In this document: piece by piece, positions 26,418 through 36,600 of the stretch
Position numbering within the stretch: the stretch's first letter is position 1
Layout: every line of letters starts with the position of its first letter
IMG/VR virus record: IMGVR_UViG_3300035698_027961
Location: 15,312 to 79,311 of that record
Origin: a virus
Strand: one strand, 5' to 3'
DNA: 64,000 nt
Program-made: the position numbers and the translations under genes
Notes under the pieces: generated by a model
The model's input: only the letters and a program-made list of their open reading frames with translations
Told to the model about the DNA's origin: nothing
Database searches by the model: none

Positions 26418-27941
26418 CTATACATATTCGCCTTGCAATATATCTATACTTTTATCGACCTGTGTATATCGTGTCCCTACGGATTCGAGAATGTCAATAA
26501 AGCTTTTCTGTATTGTTTTTATATCGTGATTCCCTGCAACATAATTTCTTGCCGACATAATAACATCCAGCCTATCTATGTTTTTCAATATTAATTCAGC
26601 ATCCACTTTGGCATCCCCAGATATTGCGAAACATGTTTTGCCATCAGTGAGTATGTCCGGAATGGCGCCGACCATATTTGAAAAGACTGGAACCCCAGAA
26701 GACATAGCTTCCAATATTGATATGGGTGTCCCCTCCATATTAGATGCTAAAACGAAGGCATCAAAAGATGGAACATATTCGTGAACATTATTTTTATGCC
26801 CTAGAATTTTAAAGTTACTTAGATCTTTTGCTAAAATCTTTAGCGATTTTCTTTCGGGTCCATCACCTATAACCACTATGGTATCGTTTTTTAAAACTTT
26901 AGCTAAGTCTATAAGATACTCTATATTCTTTTCTTTAGATAGCCTGGCCACCGTTCCTATAACACTCCCATTGAAATTTGATAAGTAATTATTTTTTACA
27001 TCAGACGGATAAAATAAATCAGAATCTATTGGTATTGGCAACACAGATCTCTTGAATTCCCCACTTATGTTGGCGGCTAATGATTTGGATACCACAATCA
27101 TATGTTCAAGCTCTTCTCTCGATGTTACCTTTGATAAAGAGCCTGACCATTCAAAATCGCTGTGATAAATCTCCATCAGGTAACTTGATATTTTGCCCTC
27201 TTTCTTAAGAGCAATCATCCTTCTATAAATATCCTCACTGTTATAATACAGAACTATATCATAGTCATTGGATATCATGTGACCTGGCAAATGCACCGGG
27301 GACTTTAATAGTACGTGAGATACATTATCCTGCGTGATTAAATTCTGAAGATTGTTTTGCCTGAGATAGACAATCACGAAGTCAATCGAGTTAGTTTCGG
27401 AAATTAAGTTCTTAATATATATCTCTGCTCCGCCACAAATTTGATACGGAACAATAAAGCAGACTTTTCTTTTAAACTTTTCTGATGCCACGATATCTAA
27501 TACATGGGCGTTTTTAGCTATTTGTGGTTCAGACTCCTTACTTAATATGGCTTTTTTTATTTTTTCAGCCACGTCTTCTTCTTGAGATATAATAATTCTT
27601 CCTATCTCTACGCTTCCGTATATATTCCTGTCTCTAGATATTCTAATTATACACTGCCCGTAATTCTTTTTGACATTCATACTTGCAGAAAAATTGGCCA
27701 AACTTGTGCCAAAATTAATTTCTTGGCTTAATATGATATCATTTTGCCCACTAAGAATCTCTAATAATATCTTGCCATTACCGGATCTCTTTTTGCCCAT
27801 GATTTTGATCATATGCTGGCCTGATTTCAAATTAATATCATGATAAAAGCTAGAGGACTTTAGCGCAAGAATACTGTTGCCTCTAATTTCAAAACTTTTA
27901 CCAATCCATTTTTTTGCATCTATAGAGTCAAATACTTTCAT
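26418..27941 (-). CDS. GT4 glycosyltransferase with N-terminal beta-rich accessory domain
   Basis: GGAE, GTVARLSKEKN, IGDGPER, SNMEGTPISILEAMSSGVPV; ~150 extra N-terminal residues. Confidence 0.92.
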   Translation of the reverse strand: MKVFDSIDAKKWIGKSFEIRGNSILALKSSSFYHDINLKSGQHMIKIMGKKRSGNGKILLEILSGQNDIILSQEINFGTSLANFSASMNVKKNYGQCIIRISRDRNIYGSVEIGRIIISQEEDVAEKIKKAILSKESEPQIAKNAHVLDIVASEKFKRKVCFIVPYQICGGAEIYIKNLISETNSIDFVIVYLRQNNLQNLITQDNVSHVLLKSPVHLPGHMISNDYDIVLYYNSEDIYRRMIALKKEGKISSYLMEIYHSDFEWSGSLSKVTSREELEHMIVVSKSLAANISGEFKRSVLPIPIDSDLFYPSDVKNNYLSNFNGSVIGTVARLSKEKNIEYLIDLAKVLKNDTIVVIGDGPERKSLKILAKDLSNFKILGHKNNVHEYVPSFDAFVLASNMEGTPISILEAMSSGVPVFSNMVGAIPDILTDGKTCFAISGDAKVDAELILKNIDRLDVIMSARNYVAGNHDIKTIQKSFIDILESVGTRYTQVDKSIDILQGEYV

Positions 27942-29023
27942 GATAATTCCAGTATCTTTCTTGCGGCGTTTTCCCAGGTAAATTCATTGACCGTTTTGTC
28001 CGCAGAGTCTCTAAAGTTTTCAAATAGGTCTTTGCTTTTATATGCGGAAAGCATAAGCTCTGCAAGATGATCTTGCTTAGGGATAAATGTTTTTGCACCC
28101 TCACTGGGAATCCAATACTGGTATCTTGCGTCTGCCTCTATTTCAGAAACATCACATAGTAAAGAATTTGAATCATTAAGAAAGTCTAATTGGCCTGTAC
28201 ACCTTGGCGCTATAACTAGCTTCTTTGCGGCCAGTGCTTCCAGCATTGGCATACCGAAGCCTTCTGATGATGAAGCGCTGACTAGAGCGTCACAGGCATT
28301 GTATAAGGGTGTCATACTCGGAAGCCTATCACGAACTACCTCTACAGACGGGAGGCCTCCTGGCCTGCCCATATGCCTCTTCTGGGCAGAGATAATTATA
28401 TCCCTAACATTAACCTCGAATTGATATTTTCGCTTGCTGGGTTCAAGCTTGGTCTTAAGAACTAGGCAGGTATCGTCCTGGTCTGAAAATGCAGAGTAAT
28501 AAGCGTTAAGAACTACGTCGATATTTTTTCTATAATGAGGTATCGATATATTTAAGAATTTAAATCTACGCCCTGAGCTCAGCCTATACTCAGAATTATC
28601 TTTAAAATCCTCAATATTAATTCCATGTGGAACTACTATGCATTTTTCCTCAGGCCATCCGGCCTTGGTAAAGACTTCCTTGGAGAAGTTACTTGACGGA
28701 AGAACGAAGTCTACAAATCGGTGACTACCTTTCCAGTGCTCGGGAAGTATGTCGGTCTCATAGTTATAAATAGCCATCTTATTCTTGGATGACTTTCTAA
28801 ATCTAGATTCAAAATTTCTAGGAAGTGTATAACAAATATCTATGTCTGGGTTACTAAGCTCTTTATCTAGTCTAACCATAAGTTCTTTTGGAATTAATGA
28901 AGTTCCATTGGTTGATTTTAAATACAAATTATGATTTAGCCTTCTAAACTGAAGCAATATATTTCTCATGACAACCGACCATGAGTGGTCAGTCCCCAGC
29001 ATAGTACAAGATCTTATATTCAT
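27938..29023 (-). CDS. GT-B (GT4-like) glycosyltransferase
   Basis: YET..LP..W, VPHG, RKN, SSEGFGMPMLEALAA. Confidence 0.9.
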   Translation of the reverse strand: MNIRSCTMLGTDHSWSVVMRNILLQFRRLNHNLYLKSTNGTSLIPKELMVRLDKELSNPDIDICYTLPRNFESRFRKSSKNKMAIYNYETDILPEHWKGSHRFVDFVLPSSNFSKEVFTKAGWPEEKCIVVPHGINIEDFKDNSEYRLSSGRRFKFLNISIPHYRKNIDVVLNAYYSAFSDQDDTCLVLKTKLEPSKRKYQFEVNVRDIIISAQKRHMGRPGGLPSVEVVRDRLPSMTPLYNACDALVSASSSEGFGMPMLEALAAKKLVIAPRCTGQLDFLNDSNSLLCDVSEIEADARYQYWIPSEGAKTFIPKQDHLAELMLSAYKSKDLFENFRDSADKTVNEFTWENAARKILELS

Positions 29024-29042
29024 CAGGTCCACCTTAAGACAA

Positions 29043-29050
29043 ATAATACC
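29043..29050 (-). promoter_or_regulatory. putative promoter -10 element GGTATTAT at the head of the glycosylation cluster
   Basis: GGTA-N-TAT-like octamers also occur at 12667-12674, 7775-7782 and 1039-1046, with AGTATAAT at 9294-9301; all intergenic and on the minus strand. Confidence 0.45.
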
Positions 29051-29087
29051 TTGGCGGCCTAAAAAACTCTAAAGTACTTTAGTACTT

Positions 29088-32000
29088 TTATGGAAATTTA
29101 AGCTCACAGTCGAATGGCCCCTCTACTAGAGTTCCGGTAGCGGTGTTTCCAACTATGAAATAGCACTCATCTTCTGTTATTGGCTGCGTATCAAAGCAGG
29201 TACCAATTCCCACTCTTGATAGCTCATTAATTGATATCTTGATGTCCTGATTCTTGAATCCTGACTTCTTGAGGTAAATTCCAAAGTTTAAAACAGTTCT
29301 ATTTACTTCGGATAACGCATCGAATAATATATTCTTTGTATTTAGAGTTACAATGCCCGTAGAAGAATCAATATTCATTCCAACCTTGTAAACAACCCCA
29401 GTTGTCTCATCTAGATACTCTATAGTTAATAAGACGTTGGGCTCAAAAGTAAATTCAGAATCTGCGGTCTCATCAGGTTCGATTACAAGACCCTTTATGA
29501 AGCCGGGAAGATGTCCGCTTCTTGATATTAGATAAGCGCTCATCGAAGTTATATCGATGTCGATTAATCCACCAACTGAAACTGCGCCAGGGGTAAATGA
29601 CTTGATTAGCGATAAATCCTGCTCCAACGGAAGGTTAAATATTCTTCCGATGTTATCGGCATTTAGAATGCTGATTGGAATGATGTTAAATATATCACTT
29701 ATAACACCGCTAGTTTGAGATGTTAGGCTTAAATTTGCAGATAATATTGAAGTTCTTCTCGGAAGCTTATATGGAAGAGTTATAGTTGCCCTATCTGTCT
29801 CGTTGGTTAGGCTATCTCTTCCGACGGTCATAGAGGTGGTTGCAACCACTGACTGATAATCAGAATTAACAATAACTTCCATTAGGCTGGAGACGAATGA
29901 TAGACCTGGCGTTGGAGAGTTTGATTGAGATACTTCATAACTAAATGAGGCAGTTCCGGTTCCTGGGTGCATATCGGGATTGGAACCGATGCGAACAAAC
30001 TGCCCAAATCTATCAATTGAAACTTCAGAAAGCTTGCCCGGTATAATATAATATGCTGAAACTACATCATTTATTCTTCTAAGTCTAAAGAGAACTTCGT
30101 CTCCGGTAAGATCTGGAGCATCTATTTCGTAATCAAAGTTGCTTATAATTACAGAAAGATTATTCCTTATAACTCCAGAGTAGAATAATTTTGTGCCAAG
30201 GCTTCCTACGTTCTTCCATCCTAGCTTTAAGGTGGCGGTACTTCCATCCATATTTGTAATTATTACACTTCCAAATGCTTCAACTCTTCCATTAACTAGA
30301 CTAGAAGAGTCCCAAACAACCCTAGAGGCTTTAAAATCTAATATAAAATCTCCGGAAAATGACTGAATGTCTACAGGGCCATCCAATCTTCCGAATCTAT
30401 CACCCGAAGCCGAAGATGTTGCAAGATCTAATATTGCAGGCTCATTAAGACCAACTGCATTAGTTATAGTTGTTATTGCATTATCATTAAAAGGATTTAG
30501 GGCCCAAGATGAAAATGAGGTGTAAGAGAAGTCAATGAAGTTTTCAGAGATAGATTCAATTGCGCTAGCTGCAATTTGAGAATTTTGGAATTCAGTATAG
30601 CCATCGGAATAGCCATCTACTGCGGCGTCTACAAATAAGCTACATATAGCTTTTGAAAACTTTATCCTTCCCTTGGATATGTCGGTATCAAAACCCACAT
30701 CCTGGCAGCCAACGAGGGTTCCATCAGAGAACCTCATTGCATTAAAACCGGCGGCGGTCTGGCAAGAACCGTCTACCGACTTAATGAATGTGTTATATAA
30801 GTCTACCGAACAATCTTCTATTGATCCTGGCGGAAGCGGTATTGTGATATTCACATACTCGAAATCTCCGTGGTGCGGAACTCCAGGTGCGGATAGTATA
30901 TCGCCAGACGGAAGATATAGGTCTCCTGGTAGATATGATTGATTCTTATAAACTGGAGAACAATCTATTCCAGGAAGACATTCCGGCTCGACACATTCGC
31001 ATGGCTCAGATGACTTCTCTTCAACAAAGCTAGTCTCGACCATTCTTCTTAGGTCACAGACATCTACGAATCTTTGATCAAAAGCTGAGTCAACGAAGTC
31101 TATTCTATATTCAAATGGTGAATAAGGTATTCTAATTAGATTTAAGTTATCTGCATATAAGTTCACTTGGCTTGAACTAGTGACTACAACATTAAATCCA
31201 GATGAACCAATAAAGCTAACTGAATCTCCGTTGAGCGCAGTTACCGTTACAGAGACATTAGTTCCGCCAGGAGATACACTTCTTGAGGATATAACATAAT
31301 CTCCGGCATCCAATGATGGAGCAGGTATGGATATAATATCATCTATCTGAATTGCCAATGATTCTTTTAGATCTGATGTTACAAATGCTATTTGAGAAGT
31401 TGCCGCAATAGAAGAGCCGGAGGACAGAGTATCCTCAAATATTATAGGATTATTATCTTCTTCAAATATATTCTCTAGATTTAGCCTTATAGCTCTTATT
31501 TCTTTGGGTATTGAGAAGTTTACATATCCGTCAATTGCGTCCTCTAGAAGCTCTATGTCGGTACCATCGACAGTCCCGTCATTATTAAGATCGGACTTAA
31601 TGAAGTCTATAATCGATAGCTCTCCTCCGAAGATGGATGCCTGAGTTACCGTAGAGTTAATTGTATTTCCAACCAAATCCAAAAGCCTTGACAAATCGGA
31701 TACAGTGAGTTTATCATCTGAATTTAAATCTCCAGCTTTAAAGTTAAAGCATTCGACGCTTGCTATTCTATAGAATGCGTTGCAGTTACATCCCGTATCT
31801 GGTATAATAATTCTATTGACCAGGTTTGAAGATAGCAATGATTGACCCGGATTTAAAATTAAAATCGAGCTAACTTCTGCAAGTCCTGGCTTGTCCATTG
31901 TGCCGGTTATTGGCTGCGCATCTCTGACATTCTTATCGGATACCTTGGCCAAGATAATCGGAGGATAATCTCTAGATAATACGGATAATTCTTCTGCTGT

Positions 32001-33623
32001 TACTACCGAGAAATATGGGGCATCAACTATTCTGGTATATACAAAGTTGTTTGTTCTGGGGTGTGTTCCGGGGTCTGTAAACTTTTGAACCTGATTCATA
32101 ACTAGATAGTTAGTGGAACCTTCAGATACATTTCTAAGTGGTATATTTCTTCTATATAGTGGCGCTCTAGTTTCTCCTATAAATGTTTCAGTTTTTTCTA
32201 ATGTTACGGCTACGCCGTTTGATGTATACGCAGTTCCATTAGTAACCTCAAGATCGTCAGAATAAACTATATGCCATAGTGAAGAATTGGAATCATTAAC
32301 GAATCTCTTAGTGGCCGGATCATACTGAAAGAATTTTGACTCTTGCTTTAGGAATCTTTCAGTGACAGTTAGCGGTACGCCATCTTCTGACTTTTTAAAT
32401 ACCTTGTCAAATCCTAGGTCTATAACGATTGTTCCGGTTCTATTGTCTCCCCTTCTGCTGACAGAAAATGCATAGAATCTTCCGGGAACTAATGAAGGCT
32501 CTATGTTTGGGTTAGCAAGAAGTGTCCCTGCGAAATTAAAGCTAACAACTTGTGATGTCTCGTTTAGCTTGAATCCAAGAATTTCCAAATCGTTTTGTCC
32601 GACAGATACTTCTGCCAATGGAGTTATTTCTGGATCGAAGTCTATCATATCATTGGGTACAAAATTTGTAGAACAGTTGATTTCAGTCTGAAGCTCATAA
32701 ACTGATAAGACAAGATCTCCTGAGAAATCTAGCTGCTGATCTAGTGGTAAAGACAGGTCTCTCTCAACTGCCATTAGAATGTCTATGCGCTGAAGGTTAT
32801 TAGACTTTGATAAAAACTTTTGTCCGTAAGAAATAGATGACGCCCCACCTTTTTCAAATTTTATTTTTGACTTACCTTCTGTCTCAAGATACAAGTCTCC
32901 TATAGAGTCTGATGCGCCTAGCGCTAACTCAATCTCATCTCTAATCGTTCTAAGAGGGCTTGAGGTTACGAAGTTAATTAAATCTAAATTGGGGGACTCA
33001 TCCTGGTATGTATTTCTGGAGTATGAAAAAGCCTTTAGAGGTTCGGCTTCCGTGATAACAATCTTTCCGCCATCGGATATTAAATTGAGATTATCTGCAG
33101 AAGATAAGGTCTCGGTTCTTCCGGATCCGCCAGAAAAATTATTGGTAAATATACCAATGACTCTTTGGTAGTAATACTTGGATAGTTTAGTTTTATTATC
33201 TAAGAATTCCATAAACTCTATAACTAATTCGGAATTAGAAGAATCACCACTGTAAGCTTTTCCAAGTATCATAATTTTAGGATGCCTTCTTCCCAAAATA
33301 CTAACATTGGATGTCGTGACTTCAATTCTATTTCCAAACTCGGGGTCTGATGGCTGAACATCAGCTCTGATTACCTTGCCATCATAATTTCCGCTATTTA
33401 TATCAAAAATAGAAGGGTTTGAAGATAATGGAGAGCTTGTATCTAGCAGAACTCTCATTGATAGTGGATTATCTTTTACGACACCACTTCCATGAAAATC
33501 TATAGCTAAGTTAGAAACTATAGAATTATTATGTATTTGCTCTGTATCTAGGTCCGACTCAGTAACCCTCTGGCCATCATAAATATTAACTTTCTTAGTT
33601 ACAAGTCGTTGTTTTTTAAGCAT
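29088..33623 (-). CDS. large virion/tail-associated protein with dockerin-like duplicated Ca-binding motif
   Basis: N-terminal YDGQRVTESDL..EQ motif typical of baseplate/tail appendage proteins; GDLNSDDKLTVSDL...SDLNNDGTVDGTDI; last gene of the baseplate block. Confidence 0.7.
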   Translation of the reverse strand: MLKKQRLVTKKVNIYDGQRVTESDLDTEQIHNNSIVSNLAIDFHGSGVVKDNPLSMRVLLDTSSPLSSNPSIFDINSGNYDGKVIRADVQPSDPEFGNRIEVTTSNVSILGRRHPKIMILGKAYSGDSSNSELVIEFMEFLDNKTKLSKYYYQRVIGIFTNNFSGGSGRTETLSSADNLNLISDGGKIVITEAEPLKAFSYSRNTYQDESPNLDLINFVTSSPLRTIRDEIELALGASDSIGDLYLETEGKSKIKFEKGGASSISYGQKFLSKSNNLQRIDILMAVERDLSLPLDQQLDFSGDLVLSVYELQTEINCSTNFVPNDMIDFDPEITPLAEVSVGQNDLEILGFKLNETSQVVSFNFAGTLLANPNIEPSLVPGRFYAFSVSRRGDNRTGTIVIDLGFDKVFKKSEDGVPLTVTERFLKQESKFFQYDPATKRFVNDSNSSLWHIVYSDDLEVTNGTAYTSNGVAVTLEKTETFIGETRAPLYRRNIPLRNVSEGSTNYLVMNQVQKFTDPGTHPRTNNFVYTRIVDAPYFSVVTAEELSVLSRDYPPIILAKVSDKNVRDAQPITGTMDKPGLAEVSSILILNPGQSLLSSNLVNRIIIPDTGCNCNAFYRIASVECFNFKAGDLNSDDKLTVSDLSRLLDLVGNTINSTVTQASIFGGELSIIDFIKSDLNNDGTVDGTDIELLEDAIDGYVNFSIPKEIRAIRLNLENIFEEDNNPIIFEDTLSSGSSIAATSQIAFVTSDLKESLAIQIDDIISIPAPSLDAGDYVISSRSVSPGGTNVSVTVTALNGDSVSFIGSSGFNVVVTSSSQVNLYADNLNLIRIPYSPFEYRIDFVDSAFDQRFVDVCDLRRMVETSFVEEKSSEPCECVEPECLPGIDCSPVYKNQSYLPGDLYLPSGDILSAPGVPHHGDFEYVNITIPLPPGSIEDCSVDLYNTFIKSVDGSCQTAAGFNAMRFSDGTLVGCQDVGFDTDISKGRIKFSKAICSLFVDAAVDGYSDGYTEFQNSQIAASAIESISENFIDFSYTSFSSWALNPFNDNAITTITNAVGLNEPAILDLATSSASGDRFGRLDGPVDIQSFSGDFILDFKASRVVWDSSSLVNGRVEAFGSVIITNMDGSTATLKLGWKNVGSLGTKLFYSGVIRNNLSVIISNFDYEIDAPDLTGDEVLFRLRRINDVVSAYYIIPGKLSEVSIDRFGQFVRIGSNPDMHPGTGTASFSYEVSQSNSPTPGLSFVSSLMEVIVNSDYQSVVATTSMTVGRDSLTNETDRATITLPYKLPRRTSILSANLSLTSQTSGVISDIFNIIPISILNADNIGRIFNLPLEQDLSLIKSFTPGAVSVGGLIDIDITSMSAYLISRSGHLPGFIKGLVIEPDETADSEFTFEPNVLLTIEYLDETTGVVYKVGMNIDSSTGIVTLNTKNILFDALSEVNRTVLNFGIYLKKSGFKNQDIKISINELSRVGIGTCFDTQPITEDECYFIVGNTATGTLVEGPFDCELKFP

Positions 33624-33674
33624 TTAAAGCTCCGTACTTTTCTTTTAAAATTAATAGACGATATGCCTGATGCT

Positions 33675-36600
33675 TTAGCACTTTGGCTTTTTAAATCTAA
33701 CTAAGGCATTGGTATGTGCAGGCTTAAGTCTATTAACTAAGTCTACAATCAAATCTTCAATAGCGCCATCATCTACTCCAATTACTCTGTCAAAATTATC
33801 GTAAACTTCTACATCAAAGTTATATATACCGCTAACTGGGTCAATAACGGTAGCAAAGTTATCTACAACATTTAGGCTTGCATCAAAATCAAGAATAAAT
33901 GTGGTGGCGTCGTCAAGTATGACTGGAACTGCAGAGCTAAGATTCGAAGAGTATCCGAGATCAACATAATCACCATTTGACGCCCTGAACACATCCCTAA
34001 TTACTCTGCTAAATCTTAAGTTATCTATTCTAGATCTGCAGTTATTATACCCCATCGTATCAGAGCCTATGGCGATTAATTTCAAATCATTGCTAAGTGG
34101 GATATTGAACTTTCTGGTTCTAATCTGGCCTGGCCTGGATATATACTGGCCATATACAAATCCTGTACCATAAACGATTCCAGTTCCGTACTTAATAAAT
34201 CCACCCTCTTGGCCGTCAACAAACATTCTCATCGAGTCATTATCGGTTCCGGTTCTGTAAGTACACATTATTCTGTGCCATGTATTCTTTTTCCAGTCTA
34301 CATCAACTGAAATAACATTATCTATGCCACCAGCAGTTATTGAAAAGACAATATTATTATCTTCAGTTTTAAATATCGAAACCCTATCTTTGCTGGAGCC
34401 TAGCGGTATGTAGGTTACAATAACATCTACATTATTTTTGGGTAGAGATTCCGCCAACTTAATGACCTTTCCATCAGCAGAAAGAACACTATGGGAGCCG
34501 AAGTTTTTCAGACTTCCGGTTCCGCCCTCAAGCCTTCCTGATAGTTTACTTCTTGATATTTCATCAAATAATATAGTTCCTCTTTCAACCTCTGAATAAA
34601 ATTCTCTATACTCTGAGGATGAGCTAACTAGAGTGACACTTATAATTTCAGAGGCTGCGTTTGGAAGGACGATGGTATTAGAGTCTCTAGATATAACTCT
34701 CTCTCTTGATGCGGAAGATATATCAACATAATACCTTCTCTCACGATCCACAAATGTATCAACTGTTGGGCTGATCCACAATTCTATGGTTCCCTGTGGG
34801 CTTCTGAACTTTCCGTCATTATTAAGATATACTAAGCCACGACCAGTAGAAAAGTTTCCAGATAGTCCAAATTTAGAGTTAACACTCTTATCACTTCTTG
34901 GAAATTCATTAACGTTCTGATAAAAGTTAGCTGTATTGAATATAGGTCCTCCATCAGCCATATGAGTCTCGACATAAGCCCTATTAGAGTCATCCGGAGA
35001 GTATCCGAAGTTCATCATGGCTCTGAAAAACTCTTCATAGTTATTAACAAGCGGCAGCAGCGTATCCTTCTCCCTTCTGTTAAGGCCGAAAGATTCGTTT
35101 AGCTGCGTGTCTAGAAATCTTAGCCTTCTGAGTCTTCTTGACTGTAAATCGAAAGGACTATCAAATGGTATTAGGGCTAAGGTTTTACTGTCTGCGCAAT
35201 ATGGTGTGGACAAGTTAAAATCATCAGTTACGCTTCTAGTTCCCGATGTTTCTAGCTCAGCAACTCTGGTGTCAGATGACATTTCTGATATAATTCTGAA
35301 TTGGTCAATAATTCCGCCGAAATTATTCATCCTTTTGTAATCCGACCCTATCTGAATCTTATCGCCAAGGCTATTGAGAGTTATATTTAAATAAGATGGG
35401 TACTCCACAGTGTAATATCCTGGTGGAATTTCAAATGGACTCTCAGAGTCAGAACCGGATACCGATAGAATAAAGTGACCGTTCTTATAATCATAGACTT
35501 CAGCACTTTCTCCTCCGTTATTGGGAGTGCTAATTGGGTCAGTCTCTATAATCTTAATCATTCCCGATTCTGAGTAATCGTTATCAATAGTTAGCAATGA
35601 CCCATATACTTCATCAACCCTTATGAAGAACTTAGAGCCATCAATTTGGCCATTCTTGGATATCAGAAAGGTTTCAAAATTTGAACCATCGGTAGTCTCA
35701 CCGGTTATGGTTATTGTACTGGAGGCTTCGGTGTATCCGTCATATCCATCAAAGTCGCAGAAGTCTACGTTATCAGAGTCAAAGACTACCGATAGTTTTC
35801 TTCCGAGGTTCTGTTTTATTAGTTGACCAGATTCTGAAGTTAGCTTGTTATATCCAAGCTCTGATTCGAGTGGAAAGTTAAAATCTATCAGGTATCGATC
35901 TCCAGAAATAATTGGCTCGGATGATTCTATAATTGTGTTCTCCATAACGATTCTTCTTATGGAGACATCTTTTAATGATATCGGCTCCTTACCTCTAGTT
36001 CTGATCACACTCATTTCATTAAATATATCAGATTTCTGAGATACGTATGATGATGTAGTTAATCCTAATGTAAATTTGCAATTTTCAATATTAAGACCGA
36101 ATGTCTTTATGCTAACTTCTGCATCCGACAGAAGTACGGTTTGAAAATAATTGCAGTCTTCATCTCTTCCGATAAATTCTATAACCCTTGTATCAATATT
36201 GTACCTGAACTTTGGATTAGTAGCATTAAATCCTGATACGACGCTGTACTCTCCATCGACAACCTGATAGCCTACTCCGGCCATCTCCTCCTTGGCTCCA
36301 TCCTGAGCTTTCCTGAATATTGCAAACTTGACATTCCTCAAATCAGTCAAAATCTTATTGCTTAGTCCGGCAGTAGGTGGTAATTCAAATTCTATATCAC
36401 TTGTAGATACCTGGAATGTAATTAGACTAAGGTTATCTCCAGAACCAAAGGTAACCTGGTTAGAATCGATAACACTTCTTATTATATATTCCTGTCCTAT
36501 TAGGGAGCCTGCAATAGTTGAGTTTTTAATTATAACAGAGCGGCCAATCATATCCTGGCTGAATATCGGCTGTGGTGACTGAAAGATAGAGCTTCCTGCG

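Noticed and set aside
9341-29023. Host capsule/O-antigen locus or bacterial chromosome
   Set aside because: No Wzx/Wzy/Wzz, ABC exporter or initiating phosphoglycosyl transferase; it is flanked seamlessly by phage structural and replication genes on the same strand.
29069-29088. AAAGTACTTT palindrome and AGTACTTT repeat as a terminator
   Set aside because: Short AT-rich stem, too weak to call.
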